From assembly GCA_025060455.1 (NCBI GenBank), contig JANXBY010000009.1, positions 50,003-114,002 on the forward strand: 64,000 bases of DNA. Direction: 5' to 3'. Positions 49,577 to 58,880 of the stretch are shown here, piece after piece (within the stretch, counting starts at the first letter, position 1; each line of letters starts with the position of its first letter). The notes beneath the pieces were generated by a model. It saw nothing but the letters and a program-made list of their open reading frames with translations, made no database searches and had not been told where the DNA came from. The DNA comes from Armatimonadota bacterium. Lineage in GTDB: Bacteria > Sysuimicrobiota > Sysuimicrobiia > Sysuimicrobiales > Sysuimicrobiaceae. Position numbers and translations under genes: made by a program.

Positions 49577-51898
49577 TTGGTGACGGATCTGCGCTCCGCG
49601 GTCACGACTCGTTGGATCGGCCGGCCCCTGCGGCGGAGGGAAGACGGCCGGTTCCTGAGGGGGCAGGCCCGTTACGTGGACGACCTGAGGTTGCCAGGGA
49701 TGCTCCACCTGGTGGTGGTGCGGAGCCCGTATGCGCACGCCCGGGTGCTTGGGATCCGCGCCGACGCCGCCCGGGCGGTTCCCGGCGTGGTGGCGGTCAT
49801 CACCGCCCGTGACCTGGAGGACAGCCTCGGCCAGTACGCGGTGGCGGGCGTGGAGGGAACGCGGGTGGAGCAGGTCCCTCACCCCGTCCTGGCGGGAGAT
49901 CGGGTCCGGTACGTGGGTGAACCCGTGGCCGCGGTGGTGGCGGAGAGCCGGGCGGCCGCGGAGGACGCCGTAGGCTTGGTGGAGGTGGACTACGACCCCC
50001 TGCCCGTGGTGGTGGACCCAGAAGCGTCCCTGGCGGGGGAGGTGCGGCTGCACGACCACCTGCCGGACAACGTGCTGTTCAGATGGGAAGGAAAAGGCGG
50101 AGACCCGGAGGGGGAGTTCGCGGCCGCCGACCACGTGGTGCGGCAGAAGTTCCGGATCCCGCGGCTTGCAGCGGTGCCCATGGAGACCCGGGGTGCCGTG
50201 GCCGCCTACGACCCGGGCACGGACCTGCTCACGGTGTGGTCGTCGGCCCAGGGCACCCACCGACCGCGCGAGCAGCTGGCCAGGATCCTCAAGAGGCCTG
50301 AAGAGCGCATCCGATTCATCGTGCCGGACGTGGGCGGGGCGTTCGGGAGCAAGTTCGGGGTCTCGCCGGAAACCGTCCTGGCCGCGTGGGCGGCCGTTCG
50401 CCTGGGGCGGCCGGTAAAGTGGGTGGAAGACCGGCGGGAGAACCTCCTGGCCAGTTACCAGGGCCGGGGGATGGTGGCGGAGGTGGAGGTGGCGGTGCGG
50501 GGCGGCCGCATGACCGCGGTGCGTGCGCGCCTGCTGGCGGACGCGGGTGCCTACCTGTATCCCTCGACGCCCGTGCCGCCCGTGAACACCGCCATGCTCA
50601 TGACGGGGGCGTACGCGATTCCCCACGCGCACGTGGTGTTGCTGGGCATGGCGACCAACAAGGTGCCCACCGGCCCCTACCGCGGCGCGGGCCGGCCGGA
50701 AGCTGCCTACCTGGTGGAGCGCATGGTGGAACTGGTGGCCCGGGAGCTGGGGGAAGACCCCGTCGTGTTCCGGATGCGCCACCTGGTGCGGCCCGACGCG
50801 TTCCCCTACCGGAACCCTCTGGGGTTCGTGTACGACTCCGGGGACTACCCGCGGGCTCTGGAAAAGCTACGGGAGCTGCTCGACTACGACCGTTGGCGCG
50901 AGGAACAGAGGCGGGCGCGCGCGGAGGGACGGCTGGTGGGCGTGGGGGTGGCTTTTTACGTGGAGCGGGCCGCAAGCCAGCTGTGGGAGAGCGCGGCCGT
51001 GGTGGTGGAGCCCACGGGGCGGGTGGTGGTGCGCACGGGCTCTGTGCCCCACGGGCAGGGCCACGAGACGTCCTTCGCACAGATCGCCGCAGACCTGCTG
51101 CAGGTCCGCCCGGACGACGTGCTGGTGCAGTACGGCGACACGGACCTCCTCGGCCGCAGCATTGGCACCTTCGGAAGCCGATCCACCACTTTGGGCGGCT
51201 CCGCCATCGTGGTGGCCGCGGAAAAGATCCGCGGCAAGGTGCGGCGCATCGCAGCCCACCTCCTGGAGGCATCGCCGGAAGACCTGGAGTGGCAGGAAGG
51301 CCGTCTGTGGGTGCGCGGCGTCCCGGAGCGGGCGGTGGCCTGGCGGGAGGTGGCTGCTGCCGCGTACCAACCGCACCGGTTGCCGCCCGACCTGGAGATG
51401 GGGTTGGAGGAGGTGGGCTACTTTGCCATCCCGCGTCCGGTGTTCCCGTACGGGGCCTACGGCGCCGTGGTGGAGGTAGACCGCGAAACCGGTGCGGTGG
51501 AGCTCTTGAAGGTGGTGGCCGTGGACGACGCGGGCCGCATCGTGAACCCGCTGCTGGCGGAGGGCCAGATCTCCGGCAGCGTGGTGCAGGCGGTGGGCCA
51601 AGCGTTCACCGAGGCCTTCGCGTACGACGACCAAGGGCAGCCCCTGACCGCCACCCTGGCGGAGTACGGGCTCCCCCGGGCGGTGCACGCGCCGCCCCTG
51701 GTGAGCGAGTTCCTGGAAACGCCTTCCCCCCTCAACCCCCTGGGGGCCAAGGGCCTGGGGGAGGCGGGCACCATCGGAGCACCCCCGGCCATCGCCAACG
51801 CGCTGATGGACGCTCTGGAACCCTTCGGGATCCGGCACCTGGACTTCCCCTTCACCGCGGAGCGCGTGTGGCGGGCCCTGCAGGAACGCCGCCGCTGA
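49577..51898 (+). CDS. Molybdenum hydroxylase (xanthine dehydrogenase/CoxL family) large molybdopterin-binding subunit
   Basis: 'DVGGAFGSKFG' (GGGFG-type motif); 'RGQARYVDDL' N-terminal; 773 aa; no Fe-S or FAD subunit gene is adjacent. Confidence 0.85.
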   Translation: MVTDLRSAVTTRWIGRPLRRREDGRFLRGQARYVDDLRLPGMLHLVVVRSPYAHARVLGIRADAARAVPGVVAVITARDLEDSLGQYAVAGVEGTRVEQVPHPVLAGDRVRYVGEPVAAVVAESRAAAEDAVGLVEVDYDPLPVVVDPEASLAGEVRLHDHLPDNVLFRWEGKGGDPEGEFAAADHVVRQKFRIPRLAAVPMETRGAVAAYDPGTDLLTVWSSAQGTHRPREQLARILKRPEERIRFIVPDVGGAFGSKFGVSPETVLAAWAAVRLGRPVKWVEDRRENLLASYQGRGMVAEVEVAVRGGRMTAVRARLLADAGAYLYPSTPVPPVNTAMLMTGAYAIPHAHVVLLGMATNKVPTGPYRGAGRPEAAYLVERMVELVARELGEDPVVFRMRHLVRPDAFPYRNPLGFVYDSGDYPRALEKLRELLDYDRWREEQRRARAEGRLVGVGVAFYVERAASQLWESAAVVVEPTGRVVVRTGSVPHGQGHETSFAQIAADLLQVRPDDVLVQYGDTDLLGRSIGTFGSRSTTLGGSAIVVAAEKIRGKVRRIAAHLLEASPEDLEWQEGRLWVRGVPERAVAWREVAAAAYQPHRLPPDLEMGLEEVGYFAIPRPVFPYGAYGAVVEVDRETGAVELLKVVAVDDAGRIVNPLLAEGQISGSVVQAVGQAFTEAFAYDDQGQPLTATLAEYGLPRAVHAPPLVSEFLETPSPLNPLGAKGLGEAGTIGAPPAIANALMDALEPFGIRHLDFPFTAERVWRALQERRR

Positions 51899-51941
51899 CG
51901 CCGCAGGAGCTGCACCACCTGGGCGCGTAAAGCTACCCGGG

Positions 51942-52673
51942 ATGGCCCTGAGGCCTTCGCGGGTGGCCCTGTTCGTCACCTGCCTGGTGGACCAGTTCGC
52001 GCCGGAGGTGGCCACCGCCACCCTCTCCGTGCTGGGTCGGGTAGGGGTGGAGGCGTCCGTGCCCGCGGAGCAGACGTGCTGCGGCCAGCCCTTTCTGAAC
52101 GACGGGTTTCCGGAATACGCCTCGTCCCTGGCCCGGCGGTTCGTCCAGACCTTCGAACCCTTCGAAGCGGTGGTGGCACCCTCTGGTTCGTGCGTGGCCA
52201 CGGTGCGGGAGTTCTACCCGCGGCTGCTGTCGCGGACAGCCTGGGAGGCGCCGGCGGCGGCAGTGGCGCACTGCACCTACGAGCTGTCGGAGTTCCTGGT
52301 GCGGGTGGTGGGGGTGGTGGACGTGGGGGCGTGCTTCCCGCACCGGGTGGCCTTCCACCCTTCCTGCCACCTGCTCCGGAGCCTTGGTGCCGCGGGCTGC
52401 GCGCGCGCCCTCCTGGAACGGGTGGCCGCACTCCAGCTGGTGGAGCTGGCCCGGCCGGAGGTCTGCTGCGGGTTCGGCGGGGTGTTCTCGGTGAAGTTCC
52501 CGGAGGTCTCCGAGGCCATGCTGGCAGACAAGCTGCAGGACGTAACCGGTTCCGGAGCCGACGTGCTGGTGTCCACGGACATGGGCTGCCTGTTGCACCT
52601 GCGCGGTGGCCTGAGTCGGCGACGCAGCCCCGTGCGGTGCCTGCACCTGGCGGAGGTGCTGGCACCGCCGTGA
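51942..52673 (+). CDS. lutA: Lactate utilization protein A (CCG-domain Fe-S oxidoreductase subunit)
   Basis: 'VALFVTCLVDQF...CCGQP' twin CCG cysteine-rich domains. Confidence 0.8.
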   Translation: MALRPSRVALFVTCLVDQFAPEVATATLSVLGRVGVEASVPAEQTCCGQPFLNDGFPEYASSLARRFVQTFEPFEAVVAPSGSCVATVREFYPRLLSRTAWEAPAAAVAHCTYELSEFLVRVVGVVDVGACFPHRVAFHPSCHLLRSLGAAGCARALLERVAALQLVELARPEVCCGFGGVFSVKFPEVSEAMLADKLQDVTGSGADVLVSTDMGCLLHLRGGLSRRRSPVRCLHLAEVLAPP

Positions 52674-54049
52674 GGCCCACCGCCGTCGGGTTCCGGGAAG
52701 CGGGCGCCCGCGCGGTGCGCGACGCCGCCCTGCGGGAGGCCATCCGCCGGGTCACCGACAACCTGACCGCGCGCCGCGTGCAGGTGACTTCCGAGCTGCC
52801 CCACTTTGACGCCCTGCGGGAGCAGGCCAAGCGCATCAAGGAGCATACCCTGGCGTACCTGGACCGGTACCTGGAGCAGCTGGAGCGGGAGGTCCACAGC
52901 CGCGGCGGCCGGGTGCACTGGGCGCGGGATGTGGAGGAGGCCTGCGCCCACGTGGTCCGCATCTGCCGAGAGTCAGGTGCGAGGCTGGTGGCCAAGAGCA
53001 AGTCCATGGTGACGGAGGAGGTGGAGCTGAACCGCGCCCTGGCCGCGGCGGGAGTCCAGGTGGTGGAGACCGACCTGGGGGAGTTCGTGGTGCAGATCAG
53101 CGGGGACCGGCCCTCCCACCTCATCGCGCCCATCATCCACCGGCGGCGGGAAGACGTGGCGCAGCTGTTCGCCCACCACCTGGGCACGCCGCCGGACGCG
53201 GACGTCACGGTGCTCACCGCGGCGGCCCGCCAGCACCTGCGCCAGGCGTTCCTGCGGGCAGACGTGGGGGTCACGGGCGCCAACTTCCTGGTGGCGGAGA
53301 CGGGCACCGTGGTGCTGGTGGAGAACGAAGGCAACGCCCGCATGGTCACCAGCCTGCCCCGGGTGCACGTGGCGGTGGCGGGGATCGAGAAGATCATCCC
53401 GCGGCTGGTAGATCTCGCGGTGTTCCTGCCCCTGCTGGTCCGCAGCGCCACCGGCCAGCGGCTTTCGGCCTACGTGTCCCTGCTCACGGGGCCCCGCAGG
53501 CCCGGGGAGCTCGACGGCCCCGAGGCGTTCCACCTGGTGCTGGTGGACAACGGCCGGTCGCGGCTTCTGGCGGACCCGGAGCTCCGGGAGGCCCTGCAGT
53601 GCGTCCGGTGCAGCGCGTGCCTGAACGTCTGCCCGGTGTACGAGCGAACGGGCGGCCACGCCTACGGGTCGGTGTACTCGGGCCCCATCGGCGCGGTGGT
53701 GACCCCGGGGCTTGCCGGTGGGGCGGGGCTGGTGGACCTGCCGTTCGCGTCCAGCCTGTGCGGCGCGTGCCGGGAGGTGTGTCCACTGCGCATCGACATC
53801 CCGCGCATGCTGGTGGCGCTGAGGGCGCGCGCCGCACGGGCCCCGCAAGCCCGGTGGGAGCGCGCCGTGGCCCGGATGGGCGCCCGGCTGCTGGCGAGCC
53901 CGGGGGCGTACCGGTGGGCGTCGGCGGCCGCGCGGGTGCTGGAGCCGCTGGTGCGGTGGCTGCCCGTGGGACCCCTGCGGGGGTGGACCCGCAGCCGGGA
54001 CCTGCCGCGTCTGAGCCCCCGGCCGTTCCACCGCAGGGGGTTGCGGTGA
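52670..54049 (+). CDS. lutB: Lactate utilization protein B (4Fe-4S ferredoxin-type plus DUF162)
   Basis: 'CVRCSACLNVCPV' and 'CGACREVCP' cluster motifs; 4-nt overlaps on both sides. Confidence 0.8.
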   Translation: MRPTAVGFREAGARAVRDAALREAIRRVTDNLTARRVQVTSELPHFDALREQAKRIKEHTLAYLDRYLEQLEREVHSRGGRVHWARDVEEACAHVVRICRESGARLVAKSKSMVTEEVELNRALAAAGVQVVETDLGEFVVQISGDRPSHLIAPIIHRRREDVAQLFAHHLGTPPDADVTVLTAAARQHLRQAFLRADVGVTGANFLVAETGTVVLVENEGNARMVTSLPRVHVAVAGIEKIIPRLVDLAVFLPLLVRSATGQRLSAYVSLLTGPRRPGELDGPEAFHLVLVDNGRSRLLADPELREALQCVRCSACLNVCPVYERTGGHAYGSVYSGPIGAVVTPGLAGGAGLVDLPFASSLCGACREVCPLRIDIPRMLVALRARAARAPQARWERAVARMGARLLASPGAYRWASAAARVLEPLVRWLPVGPLRGWTRSRDLPRLSPRPFHRRGLR

Positions 54050-54687
54050 GCAGCCGGGAGCAGATCCTGCGCGCGGTGCGCGCCGCCTGCGGTGGGAGCG
54101 TGGAGCTGCCGTGCGCCGGGCCTCCACCTGTCGCCGCGGAGTACCGGGCCCGACTCGCTTCCGCACGGGTGGAGGTGTTCGTGCGGAGAGCGCAGGAGCT
54201 GGGGGTGCAGGTACACCGGGTGGACGGGCCCGAGCGGTTGGGCGACGTGGTAGCCCAGCTGTGCCAGGGCCGGCTCACCTGCGTCGAGCCGGCCCTCCGG
54301 GAGCTTGAGCAGTCCCTGGCGGTTCGCGGGGTCCCGCTGGTGGGCTGGGACCGGCTGGCGGAGGCGGAAGTGGGGGTGGCAGGCGCGGACTACGCGGTTG
54401 CGGAGTCCGCCACCCTGGTGGTGCTCGCCCGTCCCGAGCGACCCCGGTCGGCCTCGCTGCTCCCGCCCGTCCACGTGGCCGTGCTGCCGGAGGATCGCGT
54501 GCTGGCGGACCTGTTCGAGCTGGTGGAGCGCGTGGGAGATCTGCCCACAGCGGTGGTCCTGGCCAGTGGGCCCAGCCGGTCCGCGGACATCGAGATGAGC
54601 CTGGCGGTGGGCGTGCACGGCCCCGGGACGGTACACGTGGTGCTGGTCTCCGCGGGGCAGGAAGCGCCCGGTCGGATGGCCAAGTAA
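54046..54687 (+). CDS. lutC: Lactate utilization protein C (LUD domain)
   Basis: About 210 aa LUD/DUF162 protein completing the lutABC triplet. Confidence 0.7.
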   Translation: MSSREQILRAVRAACGGSVELPCAGPPPVAAEYRARLASARVEVFVRRAQELGVQVHRVDGPERLGDVVAQLCQGRLTCVEPALRELEQSLAVRGVPLVGWDRLAEAEVGVAGADYAVAESATLVVLARPERPRSASLLPPVHVAVLPEDRVLADLFELVERVGDLPTAVVLASGPSRSADIEMSLAVGVHGPGTVHVVLVSAGQEAPGRMAK

Positions 54688-54717
54688 ACTGCGCACCTTC
54701 GCGAGCGGGGAGGGACC

Positions 54718-56094
54718 GTGAGCGACCGGACGAGCCGCATGCTGGCGGAGTACGCGGCCGCAGTGCAGTGGGAGCACCTGCCGGAGCCCACGGTGCACGA
54801 GGTCAAGCGGCGGGTTCTGGACAGCCTGGGCGTGGCCCTGGCGGCGTTCGCGGAGCCTGCCCCCAAGGCGGCCCGCGCGTACGCGTACCAGTGGCCGGCG
54901 CCCTCCGGGGCCACTCTGTGGGGGACCGCCTTCACCGCACCGGTGGAGGCCGCGGCGTTCTGCAACGGGGTGATGGTCCGCTACCTGGACTTCAACGACA
55001 CATACCTGTCCCGAGAACCCCTCCACCCCAGCGACACCATCCCGGCCCTGTGGGCGCTGGCGGAGTGGCGGGACCTGCCCGCCCGCGACTTCCTGCTGGC
55101 GGTGGCGGTGGCGTACGAGGTGGGCGTGAGCCTGTGCGACGCCGCAAGCCTCCGGCGGTGGGGCTGGGATCACGTGAACTACATCGGCGTGGCCACCGCG
55201 GCGGCCGCGGGGCGCCTGCTGGGCCTTCCTGTGGAGGGGATCGAGCACGCCATCAGCCTGAGCTGCGTGCCGCATGCGGCCATGCGGCAGACCCGGGCCG
55301 GCGAGCTTTCTATGTGGAAGGGAGCCGCGGCGGCCAACGCGGCGCGCAACGCTACCTTCGCGGCGCTGATGGCGGAGGCGGGGATGACCGGGCCCTACCA
55401 GCCCTTCGAGGGCGAGATGGGGTTTTTCCGGCAGCTGCTCGGGGGCGAGGGGTTTGCGGAGGGGGCGCTGGCAGGGTTGCGGGAAAAGCGGCCCCCGCGG
55501 CGGATCCTGGACACCTACATCAAGTATTGGCCGGTGGAGTACCACGCCCAGAGCGCGGTGGACGCCGCCCTGCAGCTGCGGGCGGAGGTGGGGGATCCGG
55601 CCCGGATCGCCTCGGTGCGCATCGCCACCTTCCGCGCCGCCTACGAGATCATCGCCAAGGATCCGGAGAAGTGGGAGCCGCGCACCCGGGAGACCGCGGA
55701 CCACTCGCTGCCGTACATCGTGCTGGTGGCCCTGCTGGACGGCCGGGTTGACCGCGGTTCCTTCGCCCCGCAGCGGTTCACAGACCCCAAGGTGCGGCGG
55801 ATGCTGAAGGAGCAAACACAGTTGGAAGAGGACCCTGAGCTCACCGCGGGCTACCCGGAGGGCATCCCCAACCGCATCGAGGTGCGCACGCACGACGGCC
55901 AGGTGTACACGCGGGAGGTGCGCTACCCCCGCGGTCACGCCAAGAACCCGCTCACCGACGCGGAGGTGGTGCAGAAGTTCTCCGCCAACGTGGCGGACGT
56001 GTTGTCCGAGTCCCAGGCACGCCAGGTGGTGGAGGCGGTGTGGACCCTGGAGAACCGCAGCCTGCGGGCGGTGGCGCGGGCCATCCGCGTGTAG
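54718..56094 (+). CDS. prpD: MmgE/PrpD-family protein (2-methylcitrate dehydratase)
   Basis: 458 aa; N-terminal 'EYAAAVQWEHLPEPTVHEVKRRVLDSLGVALAA'; adjacent to prpB and prpC homologs. Confidence 0.75.
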   Translation: MSDRTSRMLAEYAAAVQWEHLPEPTVHEVKRRVLDSLGVALAAFAEPAPKAARAYAYQWPAPSGATLWGTAFTAPVEAAAFCNGVMVRYLDFNDTYLSREPLHPSDTIPALWALAEWRDLPARDFLLAVAVAYEVGVSLCDAASLRRWGWDHVNYIGVATAAAAGRLLGLPVEGIEHAISLSCVPHAAMRQTRAGELSMWKGAAAANAARNATFAALMAEAGMTGPYQPFEGEMGFFRQLLGGEGFAEGALAGLREKRPPRRILDTYIKYWPVEYHAQSAVDAALQLRAEVGDPARIASVRIATFRAAYEIIAKDPEKWEPRTRETADHSLPYIVLVALLDGRVDRGSFAPQRFTDPKVRRMLKEQTQLEEDPELTAGYPEGIPNRIEVRTHDGQVYTREVRYPRGHAKNPLTDAEVVQKFSANVADVLSESQARQVVEAVWTLENRSLRAVARAIRV

Positions 56095-56116
56095 CGGGCG
56101 TGAAGAGGAGGGCGCG

Positions 56117-57025
56117 TTGACCGCCTGGCTGCTGAAGCCCGCACCGGCAGAGCCGCCAGGGGTCGTGCTCCGCCGGCTGCTGGAGGAGCAGCCGGTGGTG
56201 GTGGCCCCCGGGGTGTTCAGCCCACTCGCGGGAGTGGTGGTCCGGCGGGTGGGATTTTCCGCCGGGTACGTGTCAGGGGCCGCGTTCTCGGCCAGCCTGG
56301 CCCTGCCGGACCTGGGGCTGTTCACCCTGACGGAGCTGGCGGACTTCGTGCGGCGTGTGTACCGGGCCTGCGGGCTTCCCCTGGTGGTGGACGCGGACAC
56401 CGGGTTCGGCGAAGCCCTGAACGTGGTCAGCGCGGTCCGCGAGCTGGAGTGGGCGGGGGCGGCCGCGGTCCAGCTGGAAGACCAGCCGCTGCCGAAGAAG
56501 TGCGGCCACCTGTCCGGGAAGTCCGTGGTGCCTGCGGAGGAGATGGCCCGGAAGGTGGCCGCCGCCGCCTCCGCGCGCCGCCATACCCTCATCGTGGCCC
56601 GCACCGACGCCCGCGCGGTGGAAGGGCTGGAGGGAGCGGTGCGCCGGGCCCTGTTGTACCAGGAGGCCGGTGCGGACGTGATCTTCCCCGAGGCCCTGGA
56701 GTCGGAGGAGGAGTTTGCGGAGTTCGCACGCCGCGTGGGTGGGTGGCTGCTCGCCAACATGACGGAGTTCGGCCGCAGCCCCTCCCTGTCCGCGGGCAGG
56801 CTGGCGGAGCTGGGCTACAAGCTGGTGATCTTCCCGGTGACCGCCCTGCGGGCGGCCATGAAGGCCGCGGAGGAAGTCCTGGAGGTGCTGCGGCGGGAGG
56901 GCACGCAGGTGGGCGTGCTGGACCGGCTGCAGACCCGCGCGGAGCTGTACGAGCGCATCGGCTACCACGAGTATGAGGCGTGGGACGCAGAGCTGGCGGG
57001 CCGGTTTCGGGAAGGAGGTGGGTGA
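56117..57025 (+). CDS. prpB: Methylisocitrate lyase / isocitrate-lyase-PEP-mutase superfamily enzyme
   Basis: 'VVDADTGFGEALNV' and 'EDQPLPKKCGHLSGK' active-site segments of the ICL/PEPM family. Confidence 0.8.
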   Translation: MTAWLLKPAPAEPPGVVLRRLLEEQPVVVAPGVFSPLAGVVVRRVGFSAGYVSGAAFSASLALPDLGLFTLTELADFVRRVYRACGLPLVVDADTGFGEALNVVSAVRELEWAGAAAVQLEDQPLPKKCGHLSGKSVVPAEEMARKVAAAASARRHTLIVARTDARAVEGLEGAVRRALLYQEAGADVIFPEALESEEEFAEFARRVGGWLLANMTEFGRSPSLSAGRLAELGYKLVIFPVTALRAAMKAAEEVLEVLRREGTQVGVLDRLQTRAELYERIGYHEYEAWDAELAGRFREGGG

Positions 57026-57027
57026 GG

Positions 57028-58158
57028 ATGGCGCAGGCGAGCTACAGCCCGGGGCTGGAGGGGGTCATCGCCACCACCACGTCCATCTCGTACCTGGACA
57101 CCGAGCACGAGCAGATCGTCCTGCGCGGCTACGACCTCATCGAGCTGGCGCGCACCAAGCGCTACACGGAGGTGGCCTACCTGACCCTGTACGGCCATCT
57201 ACCGTCGGCGGCGGAGCTGGCTGGCTTCGAAGGCCAGCTGCGGGAGCACGCGGAGCTCCCCGGGGAGGTGTACCGCCTGCTGGACCTGCTGCCCCGCAGG
57301 ATGCACGTCATGGACGCGCAGCGCACCGTGCTGTCGTTCCTCGCGGGCCTGGAGGACCCGGAGTCTCTCAAGGACACCTCCGTGGAGGCGAACCTGCGCC
57401 GGGGGGTGCGGGTGCTGGCCCAGATGCCCGCGGTCACCGCCAACGCCTACCGGGCCCTCCGGGGACTGCCCCGCGTGCGTCCCGATCCCTCCCTGGGCTT
57501 TTCGGAAGGATTCCTGTACATGTTGCTGGGTAGCCGCCCGGACCCTGACGCGGTACGGGTCTTCGACCTCACCCTCGTGTGCTACATCGAGCACGAGATG
57601 CCCAACTCCACCTTCGCGGCCCGGGTCATCGCCTCCACCCTTTCGGACCTGTACGGGGCTGTGGTAGGGGCGGCGGCGTCCCTCAAGGGGCCCCTGCACG
57701 GCGGGGCAAACGAGGCGGTGGCGCACATGCTACTGGACATCCTCCGGCACGGCGGGGCCGATGCGGCGGAAGCGTACGTGGTGGAGCGGCTGCGCCGGGG
57801 CGAGCGGATCATGGGGTTCGGACACCGCGTGTACATGCGGCGGTACGACCCACGGGCGCTGCTCATGCGGGAGTTCGTCCCGCAGCTGGCAGCCCGGCGG
57901 CCGGAGGGCGAGGAGCTGGTGCGCATCCACCAGACGGTGGAGCGGGTGATGCACCGCGAGAAGGGCCTGTACCCCAACGCGGACTACCCTGCGGGCCTGA
58001 TCTACTACCTGCTGGGGATTCCCATCGAGCTGTACACGCCCATCTTCCTGGTGTCGCGCACGGCGGGGCTGGTGGCGCACGTGGTGGAGCAGCACGCCCA
58101 CAACCGGCTGTTCCGGCCGCGGGTGCTGTACGAGGGCCCGCGGGGCCTGCGGCCGTAG
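57028..58158 (+). CDS. prpC: Citrate synthase family enzyme (2-methylcitrate synthase)
   Basis: 'GFGHRVY' catalytic His motif; 'CYIEHEMPNST'; ATG preceded by a GGAGGTGGGTGAGG RBS. Confidence 0.85.
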   Translation: MAQASYSPGLEGVIATTTSISYLDTEHEQIVLRGYDLIELARTKRYTEVAYLTLYGHLPSAAELAGFEGQLREHAELPGEVYRLLDLLPRRMHVMDAQRTVLSFLAGLEDPESLKDTSVEANLRRGVRVLAQMPAVTANAYRALRGLPRVRPDPSLGFSEGFLYMLLGSRPDPDAVRVFDLTLVCYIEHEMPNSTFAARVIASTLSDLYGAVVGAAASLKGPLHGGANEAVAHMLLDILRHGGADAAEAYVVERLRRGERIMGFGHRVYMRRYDPRALLMREFVPQLAARRPEGEELVRIHQTVERVMHREKGLYPNADYPAGLIYYLLGIPIELYTPIFLVSRTAGLVAHVVEQHAHNRLFRPRVLYEGPRGLRP

Positions 58159-58167
58159 GACGGCAGG

Positions 58168-58842
58168 CTACCACCAGTTGTCCACCGCGGAGCCATACAG
58201 CTGCCGCAACGCCCGGGGGTCCAGGGGGCGGCCGCTTTCCTTCCACTCCAGGTAGCGACGGAGCACCTCCCGGTGCCGCCGGTCAGAGGTGCGCAGCCGT
58301 CGGTGGGGCATGCGCAGCAGCGCCCGCTCCACCTCCCACACGTCCTCCTCCGCCAACCGCCAGTCCACCCGCACCAGTTCGTCCAGGTGTGCCAGGCCGT
58401 AGCCCACAATCCGGCCCGAGCCGTCGACGTAAGGATCCACGTAGCTGTACACCAGCTCCCGCAGGCTGCGGAACACGGGGCGCCGTCCGTGGAGCCCCTC
58501 GTCCCGGGACTTGGCCACCGCGCCCCAGCGCCCGTGGGTTTGGAACACGAACACCACGTGGTCCAGCCCGTCCTCCGACTCCAGGTCGAGGACCAGGGGT
58601 GGGTAGCCGTGCTGGTCCAGGATCGCGGCCGCGGCCAGGACCGCCTCCAGGCAGTGGGCCTTGCCCGCCCGCACCACGCCGCGGAAGGAGCGCAGGGTGG
58701 GGCCGCGGCGCTCCCAGTTGTACGGCAGCTCCCGCAGCCACCTCTGGACCTGCCGGGGAGTGGTGTGGGCCTGTACCACGGCCTGCTCCCGCGGCTTAAG
58801 CCGCTGCAGGGGTGGGGTTCTCCTCGCGTCGGTTGCGCGCAC
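58168..58842 (-). CDS. Hypothetical protein (conserved-looking ~220-aa C-terminal module; possible papain/transglutaminase-like Cys hydrolase fold, speculative)
   Basis: No ATG; candidate GTG starts at 58842 or 58779. Contains 'GKAHCLEAVLAAAAILDQHGY' with downstream His/Asp residues. Divergent from the Fur-family gene. Confidence 0.4.
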   Translation of the reverse strand: MRATDARRTPPLQRLKPREQAVVQAHTTPRQVQRWLRELPYNWERRGPTLRSFRGVVRAGKAHCLEAVLAAAAILDQHGYPPLVLDLESEDGLDHVVFVFQTHGRWGAVAKSRDEGLHGRRPVFRSLRELVYSYVDPYVDGSGRIVGYGLAHLDELVRVDWRLAEEDVWEVERALLRMPHRRLRTSDRRHREVLRRYLEWKESGRPLDPRALRQLYGSAVDNWW

Positions 58843-58854
58843 CGCCAGTCCTGT

Positions 58855-58880
58855 ACATAATACTACCTGATAATGAGTCT
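58855..58880 (+). promoter_or_regulatory. Fur/PerR-box-like AT-rich operator in the divergent promoter
   Basis: 'TACATAATACTACCTGATAATGAG' contains TGATAATGA (matches the Fur-box half GATAATGAT) within an unusually AT-rich segment directly upstream of the Fur-family gene. Confidence 0.5.

Noticed and set aside
53662-56760. 1032-aa ORF on the minus strand (and similar long antisense ORFs at 1111..3456, 8866..10956, 14633..16507 and 37590..39380)
   Set aside because: They lie antisense to genes with clear family signatures (lutC/prpD/prpB, pilB, tsa cluster, groEL, M24/E2). Their translations are Arg/Pro/Gly-rich low-complexity with no motifs. They are the expected stop-codon-poor artefact of about 70% GC DNA.
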